The notes under the pieces were generated by a model. The model saw nothing but the letters and a program-made list of their open reading frames with translations, was not told the DNA's origin and did no database searches. A DNA stretch of 64,000 nt, taken from positions 1,984,001-2,048,000 of the forward strand of contig JASTWF010000034.1 of assembly GCA_030390025.1 (NCBI GenBank), written 5' to 3'. The position numbers and the translations under genes were made by a program. Positions 12,070 to 22,744 of this stretch are shown here, in pieces. Position 1 is the first letter of the stretch. Each line of letters starts with the position of its first letter. The stretch is from Squalus acanthias (Eukaryota).

Positions 12070-12981
12070 CCACAACAACAACAACGTGTATTTATATAGC
12101 GCCTTTAACGTAGTAAAACGTCCCAAGGCGCTGCTCAGGAGTTTAAGACACAAAATTGGCACCGTTCCACATAAGGATAAATTAGGGCAGGTGACCAAAA
12201 GCTTGGTTGAAGAGGTAGGTTTTAAGGAGCGTCTTCAAGGAGGAAATAGAGGCGGGGGGGGGGCGCGGCTGGCGAGTGGTTATGGGGCTGAAGGAGATTA
12301 GAGATAGGAAGGGGCGAGGCCATGGAGGGATTTGAAAACAAGGATGAGAATTTTGAAATCGAGGTGCTGCTCAACCGGGAGCCAGTGTAGATCAGCGAGC
12401 ACAGGGTTGATGGGTGAACGGGACTTGGTACGAGTTAGGACACGGGCAGCCGAGTTTTGGATGGCCTCAAGTTTACATAGGGTGGAATGTGGGAGGCCAG
12501 CCAGGAGTGAGTTGGAATAGTCAAGTCTAGAAGTAACAATGGCATGGATGAGGGTTTCAGCAGCGGATGAGAGGAGGCAAGAGCGGAGACGGGCGATGTT
12601 ACGGAGGTGGAAGTAGGCGGCCTTTGTTATGCTGCGGATATGTGGTCGGAGGCTCATTTCAGGGTCAAATATGACACCAATGTTGTGAACAGTGTGGTTC
12701 AGCCTCAGACAGATGTTAGGGAGAGCGATTGAGTCAGTGGCTAGGCAACGGTGTTGGTGGCAGGGACCGAAAACAATGGATTCGGTTTTCCCAATATATA
12801 ATTGGAGAAACTTTTGGCTCATTCAGAACTGTATCTCGGACAAGCAGTCTGACAATTGAGACACTGTGAAGGGGCCGAGAGAAGAGGTAGTGAGTTAGAG
12901 CTGGGTGTCGTCAGCGTACATGTGGAAACTGACGCTGTGTTTTGGGATGATGTCACCAAGGGGCAACGAGTAGATGAGAAA
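12070..12981 (-). mobile_element. L2 LINE (RT C-terminus and tail)
   Basis: ORF 12298..12822: KTESIVFG, AYFHLRNIARLR, VTSRLDYSNSLL, LHWLPV. Confidence 0.93.
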
Positions 12982-13377
12982 TCTCTCGCTCTATTCCCCT
13001 CTGTGCTGGTTGTCATGTTCAAGTTAACAATTAATGATAAATTTATTGCCCTGTGTCTTGCTGATCAAGCCCAATTTACCAATTCACTGGATCTTTATTC
13101 CACTGTGTATTTGTTATCAGGGAGAGCCAGACAAGATTTGGTGAAGGCAAATCGTGTTTGACTAAACTGATTGAGAGTTTTGATGAGGTAACAGGGTTGA
13201 TGAGGGCTGTGCAGTTGATGTTCTGTATATGGAAATTCGAAAGGCGTTTGATAAAGTTACACATATTAGGCTTGTTAGCAAACTAAAGCCCATGGGATAA
13301 AAGGGGCAGAGGCAGCATGGATACAAATTGGATCAGGGACAGAAAACACAGAATTGTGTTGAATGGCTGTCTTCGGG

Positions 13378-14339
13378 CTGGAGGGAGGTAAATAGTGGAG
13401 TTCTCCAGGGTTCAGTACTGGGGGCTGGAGGGAGGTATACAGTGGAGTTCCCCAGGGTTCAGTACTGGGGGCTGGAGGGAGGTATACAGTGGAGTTCACC
13501 AGGGTTCAGTACTGGGGTCTGGAGGGAGGTATACAGTGGAGTTCCCCAGGGTTCAGTACTGGGGGCTGGAGGGAGGTATATAGTGGAGTTCCCCAGTGTT
13601 CAGTACTGGGGTCTGGAGGGAGGTATACAGTGGAGTTCCCCAGGGTTCAGTACTGGGGTCTGGAGGGAGGTATACAGTGGAGTTCACCAGGGTTCAGTAC
13701 TGGGGGCTGGAGGGAGGTATACAGTGGAGTTCACCAGGGTTCAGTACTGGGGTCTGGAGGGAGGTATACAGTGGAGTTCCCCAAGATTCAGTAATGGGGT
13801 CTGCAGGGAGGTAAACAGTGGAGTTCCCCAGGGTTCAGTACTGGGGTCTGGAGGGAGGTATACAGTGGAGTTCCCCAGGGTTCAGTGTTGGGGTCTGGAG
13901 GGAGGTAAATAGTGGAGTTCCCCAGGTATCAGTACTGGGGGCTGGAGGGAGGGATATAGTGGAGTTCCCCAGGGTTCAGTACTGGGGGCTGGAGGGAGGT
14001 ATACAGTGGAGCTCCCCAGGGTTCAGTACTGGGGTCTGGAGGGAGGTATACAGTGGAGTTCCCCAGGGTTCAGTGCTGGGGGCTGGAGGGAGGTATACAG
14101 TGGAGTTCCCCAGGGTTCATTACTGGTGTCTGGAAGGAGGTATACAGTGGAGTTCCCCAGGGTTCAGTACTGGTGTCTGGAGGGAGGTATAAAGTGGAGT
14201 TCCCCAGGGTTCAGTACTGGGGTCTGGAGGGAGGTGTACAGTGGAGTTCCCCAGGGTTCAGTACTGGTGTCTGGAGGGAGGGATACAGTGGAGTTCCCCA
14301 GGGTTCAGTACTGGGGTCTGGAGGGAGGTATACAGTGGA
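13378..14339 (+). repeat. 47-bp minisatellite, about 20 copies (CR1 RT-derived)
   Basis: Unit ctggagggaggtatacagtggagttccccagggttcagtactggggt, encoding WREVYSGVPQGSVLG in rotating frames. Confidence 0.97.
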
Positions 14340-16416
14340 ACTACAGAATTTGTTCATCCCTGTATGGCATAAAAATAAAACAAAAAATGTGAATCAACCG
14401 TGGCTAACAAGGGAAATTAGGGATAGCATAAGATCCAAAGAGAGGACACATAAATTGGCCAGAAAAAGCAGCAAACCTGAGGATTGGGAGCACTTTAGGT
14501 TTCAGCAGAGGAGGACAAAGGGATTAATTAAGAGGGGGAAAATAAAGTATGACAGTAAGCTTGTGAGGAACATAAAAACTGACTGTAAAAGCTTCTATAG
14601 ATATGTGAAGAGAACAAGATTGGTGAAGTCAAGCGCAGGTCCCTTGCAGTCAGAATCAGGGGAATTTATAATGGGGAACAAAGAAATGGCAGACCAATCG
14701 AATACATACTTTGGTTCTGTCTTCACAAAGGAGGACACAAATAACCTCCCAGATATGTCGGGGAACATAGGGTCTAATGAGAGGGAGGAACTGAAAGAAA
14801 TCAGTAATTGTAGGAAATGGTGTTAGGGAATTTGACGGGATTGAAGGCAGATTAATCCCCAGGGCCTGATAATCTACATCCTAGGGTACTTAAGGAAGTG
14901 GCCCGAGAAATAGTGGATGCAATGCTAGTCATCCAAAATTCTATAGACACTGGAACAATTCCCATGTATTGGTGGGTAGCTAATGTTACCCCACTATTTA
15001 AAAAAGGTGGGAGAGAGAAAACGGGGAATTATAGACCGGGAAGCCTGACATCGGCAGTGGGGAAAATGTTGGAGTCCATTATAAAAGATGTAAAAGCAGA
15101 GCACTTGGAAAACAGTGAAAGGATCGGTCAAAGTCAACATGGATTTACAAAAGGTTAATCGTGCTTGACTAATCTACTGGAATTTTTTGAGGATGTAACT
15201 GGTAAAATAGATAAGGGAGAACCAGTGGATGTGGTGTATTTCGACTTTCAGAAGGCTTTCGATAAGGTCCCGCATAAGAGATTATCGTGTAAAGGTGAGG
15301 CACATGGGATTGTGGGCATTGTACTGACTTGGATAGAGAACTGGTTGGCAGACAGGAAGCATACAGTTGGAATAAATGAGTATTTTTCCGACTGGCAGGC
15401 AGTGACTAGTGGGGTACCGCAGGGATCGATCCTAAGACCCCAGCTATTCACAATATATATTAATGATCTAGACGAGGGACCTCGATGCAATCTCTCCAAG
15501 TTTGCAGACGACACAAAGCTGGGTGGGCGTGTGGGCTGTGAAGTGGATGCCGAGAAACTCCAGTATGATTTGGATAGGTTGGGTGATTGGGCAGAAGCAT
15601 GGCAAATGCAGTACAATGTGCATAAATGCGAGGTTATCCACTTTGGTGGCAAAAACAGGAGGCATATCATTACCTGAACGGCAATAGATTGGGAGAAGGG
15701 GAAGTGCAACGAGACCTGGGAGTCCTTGTGCACCAGTCGCTGAAGGTAAGCATGCAGGTGCAGCAGGCGGTTAAGAAGGCAAATGGTATGTTGGCCTTCG
15801 TAGCGAGAGGGTTCGAGTACAGGAACAAGAATGTCTTGCTGCAGTTGTACAGAGCCTTGGTGAGACCATATCTTGAGTATTGTGTGCAGTTTTGGTCGCC
15901 TTAGCTGAGGAAGGATGTTCTTGCCATGGAGGGAGTGCAGCGAAGATTCACCAGACTGATACCTGGGATGGCAGGAATAACGTATGGAGAGAGATTGGGT
16001 CGATTGGGCTTATACTCGCTGGATTTTAGAAGAATGAGAGGGGATCTCATTGAAACTTATAAAATTCTAACAGGACTAGACAGACTAGGACCAGGAAGGA
16101 TGTTCCCGATGGCGGGGGAGTCCAGCACCAGGGGTCACAGTCTAAGGATAAGGGATAAGCCATTTAGGACTTAGATGAGGAGGAATTTCTACACCCAGAG
16201 AGTGGTGAACCTGTGGAATTCTCTACCATAGAAGACAGTTAAGGCCAACTCATTAAATATATTCAAGAAGGAGTTAGATATATTTCTTAAGGCTAAAGGG
16301 ATCAAGGGAGGTGGGGAGAAAGCAGTGACAGGGTACTGAATTTGGATGATCAGCCATGATCGCATTGAATGGCGGAGCAGGCTCGAGGGGACGAACGGCC
16401 TACTCCTATCTTCTAA
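14340..16416 (+). mobile_element. 5'-truncated CR1 inserted in the 47-bp array
   Basis: QPWLTREI, LTNLLEFFEDVT, GVPQGSIL, KFADDTKL and 3' UTR; abrupt junctions with the minisatellite on both sides. Confidence 0.95.
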
Positions 16417-17560
16417 GTTCAGTCCTGGTGTCTGTGGGGAGGTTTACAGTGGAGTTCCCCAGGGTTCAGTACTGGGGTCTGGAGGGAGGTATATGGTGGA
16501 GTTGCCCAGTGTTCAGTACTGGTGTCTGGAGGGAGGTATACAGTGGAGTTCCCCAGGTTTCAGTACTGGTGTCTGTGGGGAGGTATACGGTGTAATTCCC
16601 CAGGGTTCAGTACTGGGGTCTGGAGGGAGGTATATGGTGGAGTTGCCCAGTGTTCAGTACTGGTGTCTGGAGGGAGGTATACAGTGGAGTTCCCCAGGGA
16701 TCAGTACTGGGGGTCTGGAGGGAGGTATACAGTGGAGTTCCCCAGGGTTCAGTACTGGGGTCTGGAGGGAGGTATACAGTGGAGTTCCCCAGGGTTCAGT
16801 ACTGGGGGCTGGAGGGAGGTATACAGTGGAGTTCCCCAGGTTTCAGTACTGGTGTCTGGAGGGAGGTATACAGTGGAATTCCCCAGGGTTCAGTACTGGG
16901 GTCTGGAGGGAGGTATACAGTGGAGATCCCCAGGGTTCAGTACCGGGGTCTGGAGGGAGGTAGACAGTGGAGATCCCCAGGGTTCAGTACTGGAGTCTGG
17001 AGGGAGGTATACAGTGGAGTTCTCCAGGGATCAGTACTGGGGGTCTGGGGGGAGGTATATAGTGTAGTTCCCCACCGTTCAGTACTGGGGTCCGGAGAGA
17101 GGTAGGCAGTGGAGTTCCCCAGTGTTCAGTCGTGGAGTCTGTAGGGCGGTATATAGTGGAGTTCCCCAGGGTTCAGTACGGGTGTCTGGAGGGAGGTATA
17201 CAGTGGGATTTCCCAGGGTTCAGTACTGGGGTCTGGAGGGAGGTCGACAGTGGAGTTCCACATCGTTCAGTACTGGGGGCTGGAGGGAGGTTTACAGTGG
17301 AGTTCGCCAGGGTTCAGTAGCAGGGGCTGGAGGGAGGTATACAGTGGAGTTCCCCAGGGTTCAGTAGCAGGGGCTGGAGGGAGGTATACATTGAAGTTCC
17401 CCAGGGTTCACTACTGGGGGTTGGAGGGAGTTATACAGTGGAGTTCCCCAGGATTCAGTACTATGGGCTGAAAGGAGGTATACATTGGGATTCCCCAGGT
17501 TTCATCACTGGGTGTCTGGGGGTTGGTATACAGTGGAGTTCCCCAGGGTTCATTACAGGG
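16417..17560 (+). repeat. 47-bp minisatellite, about 24 copies (continuation)
   Basis: Same unit, more degenerate toward the right. Confidence 0.96.
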
Positions 17561-18394
17561 GGGAGACATAAATATTATAGTTTTAGCCATACATTTCCAT
17601 TACTGATTGATATTATTAATGATGTATTTCTAATAGCTCTTTAATGGCCATATAATTGACAAATGAAATTTAACACAGATAAATCTGAGGTATTACATTT
17701 TGTTAAGAAAAGTAGAGAGGTCACATATTACTTGGAAAATAAGAATATAAATGGGGTAGAGCAGCAAAGGGATCTCGGAGTACAAATACACAAATCACTG
17801 AAAGTAGCGACACAGGTTAATAAGGCCATAAAAAGCAAACCAATCACTCGGGTTTATATCTAGAAAGGTAGAATTGAAAAGTAGTGAATTTATGCTAAAC
17901 TTGTATCGAACCTTGTTTAGACCACACTTGGAGTGCTGCGTACAATTCTGGTCGCTATATTCTAAAAAGGATATAGAGGCACTGGAGAGGGAGCAGAGTA
18001 GATTTACATGGATAATACCAGAAAATCAAGGTAAGGCAATGTCAGGAAAGGAAGTGCAGGCTAAATCTCCTTTCTCTTGAAGGCTGAGGGTTAGAGGCCA
18101 TCAATATAAGGTAGTCACCAAGAAATCAAATAGGGAATTCAGAAGAAACCTCTTTACCCAGAGAGTGGTGACAATGTGGAACTCGCTACCACAGGGAGTG
18201 GTTGAAGCGAATAGAATTGATGCATTTAAGGGGCAGTTAGATAAGCAAATGTGGGAGAAGGGAATAGAGGGTTACGCTGATAGAATTAGATGAGGTAAGA
18301 TGGAAAGAGGCTCGAGTGGAGCATAAACGCTGGCATGGACTGTTTGGGCCGAATGGCCTGGTTCTGTGCTGTGTACCCCATGTAATCCCCTGTT

Positions 18395-18850
18395 ACAGAG
18401 TAAAGCTCTCATCAAATACCTCCAGGGCAGGTACAGTGGGTTAGATACAAAATTCAGCTCCCTCAACAATGCCCCACCAAACAGTCCCAGTGCAGGTACA
18501 GCACGGATTAGATACAGAGTAAAGCTCCCTCTACACTGTCCCATCCAACACTCCCAGGGCAGTACAGCACGGGTTAGATACAGAGTAAAGCTCCCTCTGC
18601 ACTGCCCCACCAAACAGTCACAGGGCAGGTACAGCACGGATTAGATACAGAATAAAGTTCCCTCCAATTTGGTTCATCAACACAACCAACTGTGATGCAT
18701 CATGTGTTCTATGCAGCGTACAGCTCCCTTGACACTACCCAATGAAGCACAACCAGCTCAGGTACAGCATGGGATGAATACAAAATAAAGATCCCTCTAC
18801 ATGTAAGTGTCAAACACTCCCGGGTGAGGTACGGGCAAGGTTTATCTCCG
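18395..18850. repeat. 67-bp satellite, degenerate short array
   Basis: agggcaggtacagcacgggttagatacagagtaaagctccctctacactgtcccatc.. Confidence 0.9.
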
Positions 18851-18911
18851 AGTTAAGGCCGAGCCTGACGGCAGATGTTGAACAAATCCCAGTATCTGGT
18901 TAGACTCTCAC

Positions 18912-19490
18912 CTCGGCAGAATCCTGGACTGGTGGAATTCTCAGTAAAAGTTCCTCACCTTTCCAATCATTGTTGAAGCTTCCCGTTTTATCCCGTCTCC
19001 GACACGGGGGGTCTCGATTCCACCAGATCTGCTCTGTGAAACCAGAGACATTTCTCTAGTCCCAGTGAGTGTGGCGATGATTCGACTTCTCTCTCTCCAC
19101 CTTCCTGAGATATTGCTCACTCCCAGAGACTGTCAATAGAAAACTGATTCATATTAATCCCAGATCCAGTACCTGGAATACAGTGGGGCTGTTTTTTTGA
19201 CTGGGATTGTATCTAATTTCATTATATTTGCAATTAATGTGTATTTGAATTACTTACATTAATATTAAATTGTTCCTTTCAGCCCATTGCCCTGTTTATT
19301 GAGACTAAACTCACTGCCAGTGTCAGCTGTCACTCCAGCTCCTCCCACACTGACATCCCACTGATGGGCCGTAACCAGGGACGGGGCCCTGTTTCCAAGT
19401 GACATCACACAGGAGCAGGGAGCCAATCAATCAAAGAGCAGCCTGGAAAAATGTTAAAGCGGCCAAGCCCCTCCCAATCTCCCCGGGGCA
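18912..19490 (-). other. Putative promoter and two non-coding 5' exons (copy 1 of 3): exon A ends 19315, exon B 19129-18912
   Basis: Donor GTGAGT (19309-19314), acceptor ttctattgacAG, donor GTGAGA (18906-18911); two CCAAT motifs and TGACATCA in 19400-19480; paralogous to 27776-28330 and 58430-58916. Confidence 0.5.
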
Positions 19491-19494
19491 GGTA

Positions 19495-22400
19495 CATAAC
19501 GAACATACGAATTAGGAGCAGGAGTCGGCCATTCGGCCCCTCAAGCCTGTTCCGCCATTTAATAAGATCATGGCTGATCTGATTGCTCCACATTCCCGTC
19601 CAACCCCCGATAACCTTTCACCCCCTTGCTCATCAAGAATCTATCTACGTCCGCCTCAAAATATTCAAAGACTCTGCTTCCACCGCCCTCTGAGGAAGAG
19701 AGTTCCAAAGACTCAAGACCCTCTGAGAAAAAACATTCTCCTCATCTCTGTCTAAAATGGGCGCTCCATTATTTTTAAACAGTGACCCCTAGTTCTAGAT
19801 TCTCCCACAAGAGGAAACATCCTCTCCGCATCCACCCTGTCAAGACCCCTCAGGATCTTATAGGTTTCAATCAAGTCACCTCTTACACTTCTAAACTCCA
19901 GTGGATACAAGCCTAGCCTGCCCAACCTTTCCTCATAAGACAACCCGCCCATTCCAGGTATTAGTCTAGTGAACCTTCTCTGAACTGCTTCCAATGCATT
20001 TACATCCTTCCTTAAATAAGGAGACTAATACTGTACTCAGTACTCCAGATGTGTTCTCACCAATGCCCTCTATAACTGAAGCATAAACTCCCGACTTTTG
20101 TATTCAATTCCCCTCGCAATAAACGTTAACATTCTATTAGCTGTCCTAATTACTTGCTGTACCTGCATACTAACCTTTTGCGATTCATGCACTAGGACAC
20201 CCAGAACCCTCTGCATCTCAAAGCTCTGCAATCTCTCACCATTTAGATAATATGCTTATTTTTTATTGTTCCTGCCAAAATGCACAATTGCACATTTGCA
20301 CACATTATACTCTATTTGCCAGATCTTTGCCCACTCACTTAACCTATTTATATACCTTTGTAGCCTCCATATGTCCTCTTCACAATTTACTTTCCTACCT
20401 ATCTTTTTGTCATCAGCAAATTTAGCAACCATACCTTCGGTCCCTTCATCCAAGTCATTTATATAAATTGTAAAAAGTTGAGGCCCCAGCATTATCCCTG
20501 TGGCACACTACACATTACATTTGCTAACCAGAAAATGACCCATTTATGCCTACACTCTGTTTCCGGTTAGCTAGCCAATCTTCTATCCATGCCAATATGT
20601 TACCCCTACACCATGAGCTTTTATTTTCCGAAATAACCTTTGATGTGGCACCTTATCAAATGCCTTCTGGAAATCTAAGTACAGTACATCCACCGGTTCC
20701 CCTTTATCCACAGCACATGTTACTCCCTCAAAGAACTCCAATAAATTGGTTAAACATGATTTCCCTTTCACACCACCATGCTGACTCTGCCTGATTACCT
20801 TGAACTTTTACACGTGCCCTGCTATAACGTCTTTAATAATAGTTTCTAGCATCTTCCCCAAGACACGTGTTAAGCTAACTGGCCTGTAGTTTCCTGCTTT
20901 CTGTCTCCCTCCCTCTTTGAATAAAGGAGTTACAATCGCTATTTTCTAATCTAATGGAACCTTCCCCGAATCTAGGGAATTTTGGAAAATTAAAACCAAC
21001 GCATCAACTAGCTCACGAGCTACTTCTTTTAAGACCCTAGGATGAAGTCCATCAGGACCCGGGGACTTGTCAGACCGCAGCTCCAACAATTTCCTCAGTA
21101 CTACTTCCCTGGTGATTGTAATTTTCTTGACTTCCCCCCTCCCTTCCATTTCCTGATTTACAGCTGTTTCTGGGATGTTAATTGTATCCTCTATAGTGAA
21201 GACCGATGCAAAATACCTGTACAATTCAACTGCCATCTCCTTATTTTCCATTATTAATTCCCCAGACTCACTTTTTATAGGACCAACGACCCCTTTGTTA
21301 AATCTTCTTTTTTGAATATCTATAGAAACTCTTACTATCTGTTTTTATATTTCTAGCTCGCTTTCTCTCGTACTCTCATTTTTCTCTCCTTATTAATCTT
21401 TTAGTAATTCTTTGCTGTTTGTTTATATTCTGTCCAATCTTCTGACCTGCCACCCATCTTTCACCATTATATGCTTTTTCTTTAAGTTTGATACTATCTT
21501 TACCTTTTTTAGTTAACCACGGATGGTGGGTCCTCCCCTTGGAATTTTTCTTTCTCGTTGGAATGGATCTATTCTGTGTATTCTGAAATATCCCATTAAA
21601 TGTCTGCCACTGCAGCTCTATTGACCTATCGCTTACTCTAGTTTGCCAGTTCACTTTAGCTTGCTCTGCTATCATGCCCTCATAATTGCACTTATTTACG
21701 TTAAAAAAACTAGTCTTGGACCAAATCTTCTCTCCCTCAAACTGAATGTAAAATTCAATCATATTCTGATCGCTGCGACCTAGGGGCACCTTCACTATGT
21801 GGTCATTAATTAATCTGATCTTGTTTCACAATACCAGGTCTACTATAGCCTGCTCTCTGGTTGGCTCAAGAACGTGCTGTTCTAAGAAACTGTCCCAAAA
21901 ACATTCTATGAACTCCTCATCTAGGCTACCTTTGCCCATCTGATTTTTCCATCTATATGTAGATTAAAATCCCCCATGATTATTGCCGTACCTTTCTGAC
22001 AAGCTCTCATTATTTCTTCCTTGATACTCCATCCTAACGTGTGGTTACTGTTAGGGGGCCTGTACACCACTTCCACAAGTGACTTCTTGCCTTCATCATT
22101 TCTCATCTCTACCCAAACCGCTTCTGCATCCTGGTTTCCTGAACTTAAGTCATCCCTCTATTGCGCTAATACCATTATTAATTTACAGAGCCACCCCTCC
22201 ACTTTTTCCTAAATATCATGTACCCTTCAATATTCAGGTCCCAATGTTTGTCATCCTGCAGCCATGTCTCTGTAATGGCTATCAGATTGTACTTATTTAA
22301 TTCTATTTGCGCCATCAGTTCATCTGTTTTGTTTCGAATGCTACGTGAATTCAGATACAGAGCCTTTAGTTTTGTCCTTTTATTATTTTTGTACCATTTA

Positions 22401-22740
22401 GCCTTATCTGTTGATTTACTCTTAGATTTGTACTCTCTATCCCTTCCCGTCACAGTCTGTTTATCATTTCCCATAGTAATACCTTTCTCTCTTGTCTTGT
22501 TTCTACTCTTTGATTTACCACACCTTCCCAGATGTGATCCCTGGCCCCCAATATTTAGTTTAAAGCCCTCTCTACCGCCCGAGTTATATGACTCGCCAGA
22601 ACACTGGTCCCAGCACGGTTCAGGTGAAGACCAACCCAACGGTACAGATCCCACTTTCCCCAGTACTGGTGCTAGTGCCCCAGGAAGCGAAACCAATTTC
22701 TCCCATACCAGTCTTTGAGCTAAGCATTCATCTCTCTAAT
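19495..22740 (-). mobile_element. CR1 LINE, near-complete decayed ORF2
   Basis: LYLNSRSIRNK..AITETWL, VYRPPN, KSPGPDGLHPRVLKE, KFADD, RFTRLIPG and 3' UTR. Confidence 0.95.
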
Positions 22741-22744
22741 TTGA

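Larger units (their letters stand above)
13118..18385 (+). mobile_element. Old CR1 LINE split by an internal 47-bp minisatellite expansion and a nested younger CR1
   Basis: RT text runs 13118-13420 into SGVLQGSVLG; RT/3' text resumes at about 17595 (attaatgat; MKFNTDKSEVLHF; RPHLECCVQFWS) through the 3' UTR. Confidence 0.8.

Noticed and set aside
13378..17560. CRISPR-like regular arrays (47-, 67-, 30- and 24-bp repeats)
   Set aside because: Head-to-tail tandem units without unique spacers, no cas genes, vertebrate context
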